Origin: a virus | Taxonomy: Duplodnaviria > Caudoviricetes | DNA: 64,000 nucleotides | IMG/VR virus record: IMGVR_UViG_3300017951_000001 | Coordinates: 1-64,000 of that record | Reading direction: 5' to 3' (one strand) | Shown here: piece by piece, positions 35,751 to 45,928 of the stretch | Position numbering within the stretch: position 1 is the stretch's first letter | Layout: each line of letters opens with the position of its first letter | The notes under the pieces: generated by a model | What the model was told of the DNA's origin: nothing | The model's database searches: none | Seen by the model: only the letters and a program-made list of their open reading frames with translations | Program-made: the position numbers and the translations under genes

Positions 35751-36467
35751 TTACCCCTGGTTGTTTGAGCGAATGGTTTCGAACCATTCTGATACGTCGG
35801 GCTCAACGACCCCGACAAGCGGGTGGCATCCCTTCACGGTATACCCAGAAGACCCTGTGAACATAACCCGGTAGTGAGTAACCGGGTTGCCATCGGGGTC
35901 TGTGGCATTCCGCGAAAACGAATAGCCGACAGCATTGAAGTATTGCGAAACCTCGTCAGCGAGCTTTTTGCCTTGGAAAGAAGGCGTGACGTGGAGATTG
36001 TCGCCGTTTTCATTTGTGGACCGTTCTGCGAGAGCGATAGCCACAACATGCATGTCAATGTTGCGGATCAAACGCATGAGCTTTCGCATGCGATCAGTCA
36101 TTTCACGCCATTCGTCGAAGGTCCATTTTGCGCCCTGTGGTTGCTTCGCGACGATGTCATCCATAATGAGTCGCTGAACCTCGGTAAGCGAATCAATCAC
36201 CAAGGTTTCGAAGCCTTGCTTTCGAAGGGTTCCATTGTGGGCCGCCTTCAAGACGTCCCGAACCTCGTTGATCGTAGGTGCGTAGACGAATGCTGCATCC
36301 GGATTGGAAGACCGAATGGATTGGAGTCCATTCCGTTCCGTCAGCAAAATGGCCGGTTTGGGTGCCGTAGCACCCGCATATGACTTTCCGGCACCGGAGT
36401 AACCGAACAACAATACTTTTATGCTGCTGTTTGGGTCAGCATCAGAAACCCGCGTAAAGTTCACCAC
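35751..36467 (-). CDS. AAA_24 / Sak4-like ATPase
   Basis: VLLFGYSGAGKS, TLVIDSLTEVQ; GTG start 7 nt after GGAG. Confidence 0.8.
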   Translation of the reverse strand: MVNFTRVSDADPNSSIKVLLFGYSGAGKSYAGATAPKPAILLTERNGLQSIRSSNPDAAFVYAPTINEVRDVLKAAHNGTLRKQGFETLVIDSLTEVQRLIMDDIVAKQPQGAKWTFDEWREMTDRMRKLMRLIRNIDMHVVAIALAERSTNENGDNLHVTPSFQGKKLADEVSQYFNAVGYSFSRNATDPDGNPVTHYRVMFTGSSGYTVKGCHPLVGVVEPDVSEWFETIRSNNQG

Positions 36468-37584
36468 GTTCTTGCTCCCGTTTGTTAACCCAAATTTGGG
36501 TAGTTTGAGTCTTGTACCGTGCGCGCACGGCATCACCATCTTCTATACATGGGGACCGGAACGCGCAACCATTTCCGTACCTGCAAATGGGCGTTCTAGG
36601 GAAGTTTTCGACAACGTCAGCTTCCGTCTTCGCGTTGCAGGCGGCGAATCGCAACCGCTGAATCATTCGAGCAATGCCACGGATTTCAGCCGAGTAATTA
36701 ACGCGGTCTCGGTAACCCATGGCGACCCAATCCCTCACGAAGAATTCATCATCCGATTTTTTTAAAGCGTTAATGTGGGCTGCATAATCAGCTTTATCTA
36801 ACCCTAATTCACGGATTGAATCCTCGTACAACCAGCTTGGTATCTTTCGATTCTTTGCTTTGGATAAAGAACCATTTTTCAATACTTTCGGTTTGGCTAA
36901 ACCGCGCATGGCGATGTCGTAAACGAATCCTTTGACCCGGCCTGCGCCATATGCCCCCGACAACAACCAGAAATACCCTTGGCCTTGCGGGTCAACTAAA
37001 GTGCCATCTTTGAATTTCGACGGTCGAGCACTTGTCTTGTGGTCCCAGCCGTAAATTGAACCTGTTTCGATGTGCTCGATTACGGCATCCAACCTGCCGA
37101 CTTGGTACATGGGAAGCTTTGAGACTTCGCACACGTTGAAATGAGCTTCTCCAGCGCGTCCGAGTCGAATGTTGCCATTGTCTTCAACAAGGTGAAATTC
37201 ACCGGAGTGGCCCGTTTCTCGGTAAAACGCCTTCTCAACAGCAATAATTCTGTACCCATCCGGAACGATGTTAGGGTATGTCCGGAGGTAACCGTCAATC
37301 AGGTAATGAAGTCCTGTTTGTTCCACTCCGAATTCGCCACAAACCTCGAATAAAGTTGATTCCCAATCAATCGTTTCTCCATTCATTTTCGAGAGCCAAA
37401 GTGATTCCATCACCTTGTGATATGCGCTCCCGAAGCGCATGGGTTCGTTCTGGTCCTCGCGAAGACCTTCAATGTATTGGAAGAAGTACTTCCGCAAACA
37501 TGACAACGAAGTCCGTTCACTGTTCGTGAAGAACACGCCATCGGGCAGGTCTTCGATGTCTTCGTACCTATCGATTTTCAGCAT
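36442..37584 (-). CDS. PD-(D/E)XK exonuclease (RecB/Cas4-like)
   Basis: SCLRKYFFQY, FGSAYH, GRLDAV...WDHKTS, C-terminal CRYG.GCAFRSPC. Confidence 0.8.
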   Translation of the reverse strand: MLKIDRYEDIEDLPDGVFFTNSERTSLSCLRKYFFQYIEGLREDQNEPMRFGSAYHKVMESLWLSKMNGETIDWESTLFEVCGEFGVEQTGLHYLIDGYLRTYPNIVPDGYRIIAVEKAFYRETGHSGEFHLVEDNGNIRLGRAGEAHFNVCEVSKLPMYQVGRLDAVIEHIETGSIYGWDHKTSARPSKFKDGTLVDPQGQGYFWLLSGAYGAGRVKGFVYDIAMRGLAKPKVLKNGSLSKAKNRKIPSWLYEDSIRELGLDKADYAAHINALKKSDDEFFVRDWVAMGYRDRVNYSAEIRGIARMIQRLRFAACNAKTEADVVENFPRTPICRYGNGCAFRSPCIEDGDAVRARYKTQTTQIWVNKREQERGELYAGF

Positions 37585-37621
37585 TTCGTTTCTCTCGGTC
37601 AGACAATAACCAGCATTAAGG

Positions 37622-39220
37622 TCAGAAAATGTCCGGTTCATTCTTGCTGCGCGCCGCAGCAATCGCGTAGTTGATGCTCAATGGTTCAATGGAAGCCACA
37701 GAAGTTTGCCCATATTCGAGAACATACGACTCCCGCCTTTTCGCCCATTGTCGGAGGAAAGGACCAGAATCCACAAACTCGAAAATAATCGGGTTTTTAC
37801 CTTCCATGCGTAAAGTTCGACCGACCCGTTGCCTTGCGCGGCCGGCATTTTTTCCGGAACTCAAGTTGATGGCACAATCCAGTCGAGGAAGGTCTAATCC
37901 TTCGTCTGCAAGTTGAGTGGCTACCAACACATGTTTACGACCGCACTTTACTTCTTCGAGTCTTCGGACCCTTTCGTTTTTAGGAAGGTCACCAGTAACA
38001 ACGACAGACGGCATACCGTGATCATTGAGTATTTCGTTCAAAGCATTTGCGACATTGACGCGAGGTATCAATACCAACACACACCTTTCATCGCGCAAAG
38101 CCGAAGAGATCAAACGAACAGCAAGGTGCAATCGGTCAGGGTTCCGGCACGCTGAAGTAACCGCAGCGGCGTAATTCAAAGTGCCCGTGTTTAACGGAGT
38201 GTTTTTGTTCTTGAATCTACACTTCGTACAAACGAAACCGTTTAATCGGAAAGAATCAAGTTTTTTAATCTTTCGTTTCCGATCACAACGCACACAATTG
38301 CTTGTTAGGTTGTAATCCTCCAAACCCGGCGACCAACCCGTAGCCACGGGTATGATGTAAGGATTTTTGAGAAAACCCATCTCGATAAGTTGGGTTGTAG
38401 ATATTCTGAATATGGTTGGGCCGACCAACAGGTTCTGCATAAAACCTAAACCATCAGACCGTTCTGGCGTAGCCGTTAACCCCCACCGGAATCGACTTTT
38501 ACATTTGTTAATGATGGTTTCCCAAGTAGCCGCTGGAACGTGATGACATTCATCCGTAATGACAGCGCCGGCTGTGTCTAACAACGCTGTTGCTTGCAGT
38601 GGGTTCCTGCTCAAAGTTTGGATCATAGCAACAACGATCTGGTTCTTGCGAAGTCGACAGTCGATGGTTTGTTTCACCACTGTCCCGGGTGAAAGTCGGT
38701 TTATTGTGTTTACCCACTGCCGTTGAATGTCTTTCGTATGAACAATAACGACTCCGGGTTCTCCGGAATGAAGCAACGCGGCTGCCCCTGTGGTCGTCTT
38801 CCCGGCTCCGCAAGGCATTTGGAGTATGCCTTGTCTTTTCTCCATACACGCTTCGATTGCTTTGATCTGATAATCGCGAAGTTGAACATTCAAATGGTGG
38901 AGTGGAGTTGTCTTCGAAGAGACCGAAAACACTCCCGACACGTCGTAGTCGAAATGATCGAAGTGATTCGATAATTCATGTTGAAGTTGAAGAAATGCTC
39001 CCCGGGGAACGCAGAACCATCCCCCAGAAATAGATGCAACACACCGAGCAACCAATTTTCCTTTGAATCGGTTGTTCGATGCGGGAGTTAAATACGTGAA
39101 CCGCTTGTTCAGTTTCAAAGCAAGCGATTCACTCAAATCACGAATCGGAACACGAGCGAGATTGTCAATCCTGATCGTGATCCGATTCACTTCAATTCCC
39201 GAGGCCAATGTTTGGGCCAA
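37622..39220 (-). CDS. SF2 DEAD/DEAH-box helicase
   Basis: LRDYQ, MPCGAGKT, ITDECHH, LTATPER, EGLDLP, QRVGRTLR. Confidence 0.9.
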   Translation of the reverse strand: MAQTLASGIEVNRITIRIDNLARVPIRDLSESLALKLNKRFTYLTPASNNRFKGKLVARCVASISGGWFCVPRGAFLQLQHELSNHFDHFDYDVSGVFSVSSKTTPLHHLNVQLRDYQIKAIEACMEKRQGILQMPCGAGKTTTGAAALLHSGEPGVVIVHTKDIQRQWVNTINRLSPGTVVKQTIDCRLRKNQIVVAMIQTLSRNPLQATALLDTAGAVITDECHHVPAATWETIINKCKSRFRWGLTATPERSDGLGFMQNLLVGPTIFRISTTQLIEMGFLKNPYIIPVATGWSPGLEDYNLTSNCVRCDRKRKIKKLDSFRLNGFVCTKCRFKNKNTPLNTGTLNYAAAVTSACRNPDRLHLAVRLISSALRDERCVLVLIPRVNVANALNEILNDHGMPSVVVTGDLPKNERVRRLEEVKCGRKHVLVATQLADEGLDLPRLDCAINLSSGKNAGRARQRVGRTLRMEGKNPIIFEFVDSGPFLRQWAKRRESYVLEYGQTSVASIEPLSINYAIAAARSKNEPDIF

Positions 39221-39537
39221 GATGAAATGGTATACACCGAGAATCCAGCCGTGGATTCTGCAACGCCCAAAACATCACCCCACAAGTGAGGGCATAAGTT
39301 GTTTCCGCCGTGTGGGTCTGGTCCCCAAAAAGCAGAGCGAACCCGAATAGGTTCACCGATGTAAAACACCTTTCCGCCCAATGTCGTTGAGTTGGAAGAA
39401 CCGAACAATTCGGCAGGCAAGTAGAAGTAGTCGCTTTCAATGAAATCCGCGACGAGCACCGCCTGGGCTCCGAATTCAGCTTCATCGACGGTTGCGAATC
39501 TTTTCCCGAGCGAATGTGTAACTTTTAGAATTGGCAT
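39187..39537 (-). CDS. Hypothetical protein
   Basis: 116 aa; GGAG RBS. Confidence 0.55.
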   Translation of the reverse strand: MPILKVTHSLGKRFATVDEAEFGAQAVLVADFIESDYFYLPAELFGSSNSTTLGGKVFYIGEPIRVRSAFWGPDPHGGNNLCPHLWGDVLGVAESTAGFSVYTISSWPKHWPRELK

Positions 39538-39553
39538 GGTTGTACTCCTAACA

Positions 39554-39571
39554 AGGGGGCCGAAGCCCCCT
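39554..39571 (-). terminator. GC hairpin with C-UUCG-G loop on the minus strand (probable terminator or processing hairpin)
   Basis: AGGGGGC-CGAA-GCCCCCT. Confidence 0.55.
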
Positions 39572-39579
39572 GTTTGATT

Positions 39580-40110
39580 TTACCTGATTTCGGAAATCAG
39601 GGTCTTCAAAATTTTCATGGTTTGTCCTTCGAGGCAAGTCTTGCACGTCACATTCTCGATTTCAGACGTACCTTTCTCCCGGGTTGCATTCCCGCACCCT
39701 TGAATCTGCGAATGCGGGAGAGCCAACCAAAGGTGAGTTAACCCTGGAACAGTAAATGTGGCCCCGTCGTATTCGAACGTGGTTAGTTCATTCGAACGCA
39801 TCAGTTCGATAATCCATTCAGCCAACATTTCGATTTCTGTTCTGTCAACAGGGTCTCGAAAGATTCGTTGACCCAATGGAACAAGGCGACCGTGAGAATC
39901 ACGGGGTTTTGAGGACAATACCTCCATCGCATCCAATGCCGCTTGTTGCGATTTGAAATTGTTGTGCCCCTTCACGGACTTTTGGCCCTGACCATTGCGA
40001 CCACGTAGTCGAACAAGCCAAATATTTCGGTTGCGGTGGTAGTACGTCGCGTAACGTCCGCACGAAGAATGAACTGGTGCGTATTGGCTGGTTTGAACGG
40101 CATTATTCAT
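39580..40110 (-). CDS. Hypothetical protein, possible AP2-like DNA-binding N-terminus
   Basis: YYHRNRNIWLVRL...FKSQQAA; C-terminal Cys motifs. Confidence 0.45.
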   Translation of the reverse strand: MNNAVQTSQYAPVHSSCGRYATYYHRNRNIWLVRLRGRNGQGQKSVKGHNNFKSQQAALDAMEVLSSKPRDSHGRLVPLGQRIFRDPVDRTEIEMLAEWIIELMRSNELTTFEYDGATFTVPGLTHLWLALPHSQIQGCGNATREKGTSEIENVTCKTCLEGQTMKILKTLISEIR

Positions 40111-40567
40111 TGTTTGAGTCCTCATTTTCAAGCTGATCCGATCCGCTGGTCACCAACCCGAGCATCTTCTGAAGAAATGAAGTGATCAACGGTTGAATCA
40201 TATTCATTGCAGCAGCGACAGCATGCGGGCGAAGCCGTTCGATAAGAATCGGTCGGCATGTGGGGGAATTCAACACCGCATGGATTAGCGCATTTCGATC
40301 GAAATCATCGTTTTCGAGAAGCGAAACCATGTCGCTGCCCATGGCGCGCGCTCGAAAGATGCTCCACAACCTTCCGTCATCAAGCTTTTCGATCACATAC
40401 GAAGCAACGTCATCGTTCGAAATGAAGTTGCTGATGAATTCCTCGGTTCCGTACTCGTCGATCACATCGCTCATATCAATGTCGACAGTGGTGTCGTACG
40501 GGATTTCTACCGTGATTGAAGTCCCGTACGGGATTTCAACCTCAACAAGGTTTCGGCTACCGCGCAT
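40103..40567 (-). CDS. Acidic hypothetical protein
   Basis: First gene after the promoter at 40694-40722. Confidence 0.6.
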   Translation of the reverse strand: MRGSRNLVEVEIPYGTSITVEIPYDTTVDIDMSDVIDEYGTEEFISNFISNDDVASYVIEKLDDGRLWSIFRARAMGSDMVSLLENDDFDRNALIHAVLNSPTCRPILIERLRPHAVAAAMNMIQPLITSFLQKMLGLVTSGSDQLENEDSNNE

Positions 40568-40693
40568 TTTGCTTCCATGGTTGTCGTAGTTGTTGGAAGT
40601 AAAGAGCCCTCCCCCCGGACAACCACGAAACCAAGGGGGAGGGCAAGTACTATGGGAACGATGTCACCTAACCGGCGGATCGGTCCCAGATGA

Positions 40694-40722
40694 AACGTAA
40701 CCGGCCCCGGGTTGGACGTCAA
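40694..40722 (-). promoter_or_regulatory. Sigma70-like promoter TTGACG-N17-TACGTT
   Basis: Matches the 18664 and 19668 promoters; followed by hairpin GCCCTCCCCCC...GGGGGGAGGGC. Confidence 0.6.
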
Positions 40723-40731
40723 CGGGTAATT

Positions 40732-42117
40732 TTAACTGGTTGGACGCGTCTCCGGATACCAATTTAGTTGCGTCCAAGTCGTAGATAGGTCTGAATCGTC
40801 AATTACAACGCCGCCAACTAACGTAGTAAAGACCACCTGTTTCGTAACGACTGTTGGTATACCATCAATGTCAACGGTGGCAGTTAATCGACTTGCTTTG
40901 TTGAAGACTAGAATGGCTCTCCCGTCCGGATGCGGAAGTAAACGGCAATCAGTCCTTAACTTCAAATCGTTAACGATGTATCTGTCAATCTCGCGGTATG
41001 TGTCTACTTCGCTGACGGTTAGAGTTAAATCTGCGAAAGGATCAACACCAGCTTGAGTAAGCACACTCGAAGAGACGTTCGCAATTACTAAATTTTGAAT
41101 TGTTTCAAAATAAAGGGTTTTTTGAGCATCGGTTGGAGGAGTGTTCGGGTCCAAACCCGAAGAAACTGTCGCATCAGCAGTAGTAGTGTCAGAACTAGAT
41201 ACGTTGCGTGCTTTAGCACTGACAGTGTATGTGCCGGCTACGTCTGGAGTGAAAGTAAGTTGTGTTCCGAAGCCCGCGTAATTTCCAGAGCCGTAATCAT
41301 AAACAGCTTCAACTTCGTAAGCAGCGAGTTCTCGGCTCCAAACAGCAACTTCGTCAATTACACCGTTGAACACAAGTCCAGCAGTACCGGGTTGTACCCC
41401 AAAGTTACCAATTCCAAGCGCAATTGGATTTGAGGACGCAATCGCCGTAAGAAAGTTCACATTGGCGACTTGCGAACCATTGACATACACCTTCGTTGAA
41501 GTACCGTTTGCAGCCCGCGTTACTGCAACATGGTTCCATTGACCCGCTGTCAATGCAAAATTGCTTCCGATTCCAGATAGAGCAGAACCAGTACCAACGA
41601 TCAACGTATACTGATTCGAGTTCGCTCCTCCATTCTGGATGATTGCATAACCGTTGTTCGTAAGGTTCGACTTGGAAATAATGATCGCATTCGCGTCAGG
41701 TTGACTTGCATCGGGCTTGACCCACATCGAGAAGCTGAACGCATCGGCGGAAACAAAGTCGAATCCAGCCGTTCCAAACGTGATGGTGTCGGTGTTGTCG
41801 TTTCGAACAAAATTATAAGCGTACGACCCAACCTTTCCCGTTGTTTGGGCCGCTCCCGATACAGTTCCATTTCGGGTATTCCCCGAACTATCATTAGCAT
41901 TACCTTCAAAATGCCAAAGACCTTCGTTATCGGTCATATCCAATTCGAATGTGTTGTTCGCTGCGTTGTCCGGAAGCGCTATTGAACCATTCGCGATGGA
42001 CGAACCTCCGGGTACTGAACTCCAACTCCACGACAGAATCTGTGCAGTTGAATTTGTTCCCGAAAATGAAGCTGACGATCCAACTATCGCCGAAATGTCG
42101 TCAACAACAGCAGTCAT
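40732..42117 (-). CDS. Tail fibre/receptor-binding protein, PKD-like plus LamG (concanavalin-A-like) domain
   Basis: GLWHFEGNAND, FSFSMWVKP, WNHVAVT, VYVNG, FNGVIDEVAVWSREL. Confidence 0.8.
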   Translation of the reverse strand: MTAVVDDISAIVGSSASFSGTNSTAQILSWSWSSVPGGSSIANGSIALPDNAANNTFELDMTDNEGLWHFEGNANDSSGNTRNGTVSGAAQTTGKVGSYAYNFVRNDNTDTITFGTAGFDFVSADAFSFSMWVKPDASQPDANAIIISKSNLTNNGYAIIQNGGANSNQYTLIVGTGSALSGIGSNFALTAGQWNHVAVTRAANGTSTKVYVNGSQVANVNFLTAIASSNPIALGIGNFGVQPGTAGLVFNGVIDEVAVWSRELAAYEVEAVYDYGSGNYAGFGTQLTFTPDVAGTYTVSAKARNVSSSDTTTADATVSSGLDPNTPPTDAQKTLYFETIQNLVIANVSSSVLTQAGVDPFADLTLTVSEVDTYREIDRYIVNDLKLRTDCRLLPHPDGRAILVFNKASRLTATVDIDGIPTVVTKQVVFTTLVGGVVIDDSDLSTTWTQLNWYPETRPTS

Positions 42118-43343
42118 TAATCTTCTTCCCCGGCTACGAAAGACCCGCTAAAAAAGTAGCTATCGACCACAGTATTTGTTGGCGACCACATGAAGACATT
42201 GGGCTTACTCGTGTCCGCCGCCGAGATCACAGCGTCGGCGGTGACGCTGTCGGAGCCCCACAAGCTGTTCGCCTCTGCTTCGACGGTGTAGGTGCCCGCC
42301 ACGTCTTGGGTGAACGTGAGGGTCTCGCCGAAGCCCGCATAGGTGCCGTTCCCGTAGTCGTAGACCGTCTCGACTTCTAGCGGCGTCAGCTCGCGAGACC
42401 ACACGCAGAACTCGTCAATGTCCCCGTTGAACGCCAATGCCGCCTGGGGGACCGCCGAGAAGTTGCCGATCCCGAGAGTAATCCCACCCGAGGACGCGAT
42501 CGTCGTCAGGGTCGACACGTCCGTCACGAGTACGTTGTTGACGTAGATTCTCGTTTGTGCGCCGTTCGCGCTTCTCGTCACGCAGACGTGATTCCAGGTG
42601 CCCGCCGTCAGTGCGAAGTTGACCCCGGTTCCTGATAGGCCACCTCCGGTGCCTACAATGAGGCTATACAGGTTGGAGTTCGCGCCTCCGTTCTGGAACA
42701 GAGCATAACCGGTCGTTGAAAAGTTGGTTTTGCCGAAGAGAACCGCGTTCGCTCCAGGCTGCGAGGCATCCGGCTTGACCCACATCGAGAAGCTAAACGC
42801 ATCGGCGGAAACGAAGTCGAAACCTGCGGATCCGAACGTGATAACGTCGGTGCTGTCAGCATGGGCGAAAGCGTAGGCGTTTGACCCGACCTTTCCGGTG
42901 GTCTGGACCGCTCCCGAAACAGTGCCATTCCGCCCGTTGCCGCTGCTGTCGTTCGCGTCTCCTTCAAAGTGGTAGAGACCCTCGTTGTCCGCCATCGAGA
43001 GATCAAGGGTGTTGCTGACACTGTTGTCGGGAAGCGGGATCGGCGCGTTCGCAATGGCCGACCCACCCGGCACAGAAGTCCAGGCCCACGAGAGGATCGT
43101 ATCTGCGGGTCCGGTCGTCCCCGAGCCGTCGAAGGTCGCGGGGGTGCCGACAGTGCCGGTGATGTCTGGCACGACAGCGACCGGCGGGTCAGGCGGGGTG
43201 TACCCGACCAGCGTGGCAAGCTGCGCCGCGAGACCCGCCTCGTCGGGTTGGTAACCTGCAATAAGCGAGACTTGTGCCGTGATCCCCGCTTCGTCGAGTT
43301 GGTAGCCCGCGAGGAGCGAGACTTGTGAAGTATCGTCAGACAC
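42117..43343 (-). CDS. Tail fibre/receptor-binding protein, PKD-like plus LamG (paralog of 40732..42117)
   Basis: GLYHFEGDAND, FSFSMWVKP, WNHVCVT, FNGDIDEFCVWSREL. Confidence 0.8.
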   Translation of the reverse strand: MSDDTSQVSLLAGYQLDEAGITAQVSLIAGYQPDEAGLAAQLATLVGYTPPDPPVAVVPDITGTVGTPATFDGSGTTGPADTILSWAWTSVPGGSAIANAPIPLPDNSVSNTLDLSMADNEGLYHFEGDANDSSGNGRNGTVSGAVQTTGKVGSNAYAFAHADSTDVITFGSAGFDFVSADAFSFSMWVKPDASQPGANAVLFGKTNFSTTGYALFQNGGANSNLYSLIVGTGGGLSGTGVNFALTAGTWNHVCVTRSANGAQTRIYVNNVLVTDVSTLTTIASSGGITLGIGNFSAVPQAALAFNGDIDEFCVWSRELTPLEVETVYDYGNGTYAGFGETLTFTQDVAGTYTVEAEANSLWGSDSVTADAVISAADTSKPNVFMWSPTNTVVDSYFFSGSFVAGEED

Positions 43344-43351
43344 TTGGCCCC

Positions 43352-44596
43352 CTACACGACGAACTTGATCCCGATCTGGGGAAAGTCAGTCACAATACCT
43401 GTTCTTGTCCATGCTGCATCGGTATCGGGTCGGGTGTTCCACTCTGCTACCTCGAAGCCGTAAGAACTGCCAAGCGCCTGCCGATCCGAATAGTAGACCG
43501 TCCCACCAGAACTACGCAACGACAGGTTGACCCCGTCGATACCCGTGAGCGACGACTGCGCAAAGGCTGCACCTGCCACTAGAGTTACCTCGGTGCTTGT
43601 CGGGATCTGCGTGCTTGCGTTGTTGGTGTAGGTGTCTTCCTGATTCGCCGCCGTTGCCTCGTTGAAAGTTGCGGTGACTGCTGGAATATCGTCGACGTTT
43701 TCCCAATTGTTGGCACTGCCTGTAGGCGTCAGCCCGGACAATGTTCCCGCCCCGGTCGGCTTGACGGCAACGATGAACTCATTCCCCATTCGGCCCGAAT
43801 TAGGTTCGAGGCCCCCGACAAAAGCCGCTGTAGGGGCGTCGACAACTGCCGCGAACGTGCCGCCGTCAGAGAGGGTGTCGTTGTTCGTGAATGTGCCCGA
43901 CGGCTTAGCGATTGTAAGGACTCCGCTCGTCGCGTCGCCCTCGTAGCCCTGGATGGTCGCTGTCTGCCCGCCGCCAGCGGTCAAGGTGTTGCCCGCAACG
44001 GGGACGCCGCCTGTGCCTCCGTCGTACCGGAGAGTCAAGCTGTTGACCCCGACATCGTCAAAGTACGCACTGGTGCCGTCCCCGAAACCGCTGCGTTGCG
44101 CTGTGCCAGCACCAGCCACAGCCCCAGAGTAGTCGATAATTTGCACGCCATCGATCCAGACCTTCACGTAGCCTGCCGAAGCGTGATGGTAGACCTCGGC
44201 TTCCATTAGATACCAAGTGTCCTCGGACGGAGTAAACGACGAAGTCTCAAGAACTCCACTGGAATCTTCGACAAGAATCAGGCCAAGGTTGTTTGAACCA
44301 ATCAACAACACGTCAGAAAAGCTTGACGTATACGTGTAGAACCACAAGTCTGAAAACGCCGATTCGTACCGAATGCCGCTCTTGATGAAGTAATGATCAG
44401 TTGCGACAGGCCAAAGCGGAGAGCGCCACTCTCCAGAGTTGGATCGCCAGTGATATGTTCCGCCGTTCCCGTTGGCATCTTGTCGGGGGTACGTGGTGAT
44501 AATTTGTGCTCCTGTTTGCGTGCGACTCCAACCGGCGATCAAAGCCTGATCGGTGCTGCCGGCGATCTCTGAAATATCAAAAACGATCCTTGCCAT
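43352..44596 (-). CDS. Minor tail/fibre protein with lectin-like beta-sandwich
   Basis: DTWYLMEAEV...VKVWIDGV...YFDDVGV; Gly/Thr-rich. Confidence 0.6.
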   Translation of the reverse strand: MARIVFDISEIAGSTDQALIAGWSRTQTGAQIITTYPRQDANGNGGTYHWRSNSGEWRSPLWPVATDHYFIKSGIRYESAFSDLWFYTYTSSFSDVLLIGSNNLGLILVEDSSGVLETSSFTPSEDTWYLMEAEVYHHASAGYVKVWIDGVQIIDYSGAVAGAGTAQRSGFGDGTSAYFDDVGVNSLTLRYDGGTGGVPVAGNTLTAGGGQTATIQGYEGDATSGVLTIAKPSGTFTNNDTLSDGGTFAAVVDAPTAAFVGGLEPNSGRMGNEFIVAVKPTGAGTLSGLTPTGSANNWENVDDIPAVTATFNEATAANQEDTYTNNASTQIPTSTEVTLVAGAAFAQSSLTGIDGVNLSLRSSGGTVYYSDRQALGSSYGFEVAEWNTRPDTDAAWTRTGIVTDFPQIGIKFVV

Positions 44597-44904
44597 TATC
44601 CGATCTCCTCGGGTTTCGCTGGGAAACCCATGATCCGGAGGAAATGAGCCCGCGCCTCATCAACCGTCTGCGACGTCCAATCCGCCGGAGCCTGGACGCC
44701 GGGCATCAGGCCAACGAGTACCGTCCCCTCGGAGGCTGAGTATGCCCGGCAGACCATCGACGGCAGAAGGTGCGGCACAAGCGGAGACCCGGTCGCAGGA
44801 CCAAGATAACCCTCTCTCACCAATACCGGATTGTCAGGGTCGGTCCAATCTATTTCGACCATTTGTTCCAGTCGCGGAGCAATATACCAATCTCGATGGG
44901 CCAT
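44596..44904 (-). CDS. Hypothetical tail-associated protein
   Basis: Coupled TAATG junctions. Confidence 0.55.
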   Translation of the reverse strand: MAHRDWYIAPRLEQMVEIDWTDPDNPVLVREGYLGPATGSPLVPHLLPSMVCRAYSASEGTVLVGLMPGVQAPADWTSQTVDEARAHFLRIMGFPAKPEEIG

Positions 44905-45338
44905 TAAGACCTCCGGTAAGCAAAAACTGTGACTGTGTCAGTGCCGACCGATGGGCCGCCGAGAAAGCTCACACGCATATAACGGCCGCGCACCGGGACA
45001 GTTACCGCATAATGCAATTGCGTCCCGCTAAATGCGTCAGCGGCTACAATCTTGTAAGTGTATTGGTCAACTTGGGGTGGCGTTGCAGTCGTGTCCAACG
45101 ATTCGACGACTACAGGAAAAGCACGAGTGCCGTCGTCGGAGTGATCGATGTAAACCGTCAAGTCAGTAACACTCTGTTGGTTGGCAACAACGAACAGAAA
45201 ATCAACTTGCCGAAAACCCCTTACCTCAATCCAACTTGAATCGGTTGCTGTAGACGGGAAAGCTGCCGATGCAAAGACTTCAGTTGCAGTCTCATTACCA
45301 TGCAGGCGCTCTAGTAAACTGAGTATTTGGTCATTCAC
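44904..45338 (-). CDS. Hypothetical beta-sandwich tail-associated protein
   Basis: GRYMRVSF motif. Confidence 0.55.
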   Translation of the reverse strand: MNDQILSLLERLHGNETATEVFASAAFPSTATDSSWIEVRGFRQVDFLFVVANQQSVTDLTVYIDHSDDGTRAFPVVVESLDTTATPPQVDQYTYKIVAADAFSGTQLHYAVTVPVRGRYMRVSFLGGPSVGTDTVTVFAYRRS

Positions 45339-45406
45339 TGGTCAGCCCCTACCGGATGCTATCATTCAGAAGACTTTGAAACCATAACGTAATTTCATAT
45401 TATCTT

Positions 45407-45928
45407 TCAAGAAGCTTGTTTGTGAGTTTTGTTTTTTCGCTTTCGAAGTCGAGCACGGCGATGTGCCACCCGAACCGTGCATTGCCTTGAACAATATTTG
45501 CTGTTCTTTCTTGCTGTAGAATTGCAAGGCGGCCATGCACAAGCGATTTCTGTTGGATTTGCCGGTTGTGCCCAAATAACCTGCAAAGCCGGGTCCATAT
45601 CGCCCACACAAAAATCATGGCCTGGAATCCGCACACGCAGCGTTTCAACATTCGATTCACGTTGCTTCATTTGTTGCAACAACCGCTCGCGACGGACCCG
45701 ATCTTCTTCTTCGATGATTCGTTGTTGTTCCTGCTGTTCTCGCAAGAGCTTGTTTCTTTCTTCTTCTTCATCAACGAATTGTTCTTGGTAATTGTTTACG
45801 AAAGAAGTGATTTCTGCTTCGCCGTACAACCGCCACCCGCATGTCCTGCACGACAGGAAAACATTCATGTAAGTATTGTCAATGTAAACGGAGTTTCCTC
45901 CGCATTTACCGCACGGTGGCCTATGCAT
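45407..45928 (-). CDS. Zinc-finger plus coiled-coil protein
   Basis: CGKCGG...CRTCG, charged coil, C-terminal C..C...YCSRQC. Confidence 0.6.
   Translation of the reverse strand: MHRPPCGKCGGNSVYIDNTYMNVFLSCRTCGWRLYGEAEITSFVNNYQEQFVDEEEERNKLLREQQEQQRIIEEEDRVRRERLLQQMKQRESNVETLRVRIPGHDFCVGDMDPALQVIWAQPANPTEIACAWPPCNSTARKNSKYCSRQCTVRVAHRRARLRKRKNKTHKQAS

Noticed and set aside
40732-43343. Diversity-generating retroelement (template and variable repeat) in the duplicated LamG genes
   Set aside because: Differences are spread over synonymous positions, not adenine-specific; no reverse transcriptase in the window
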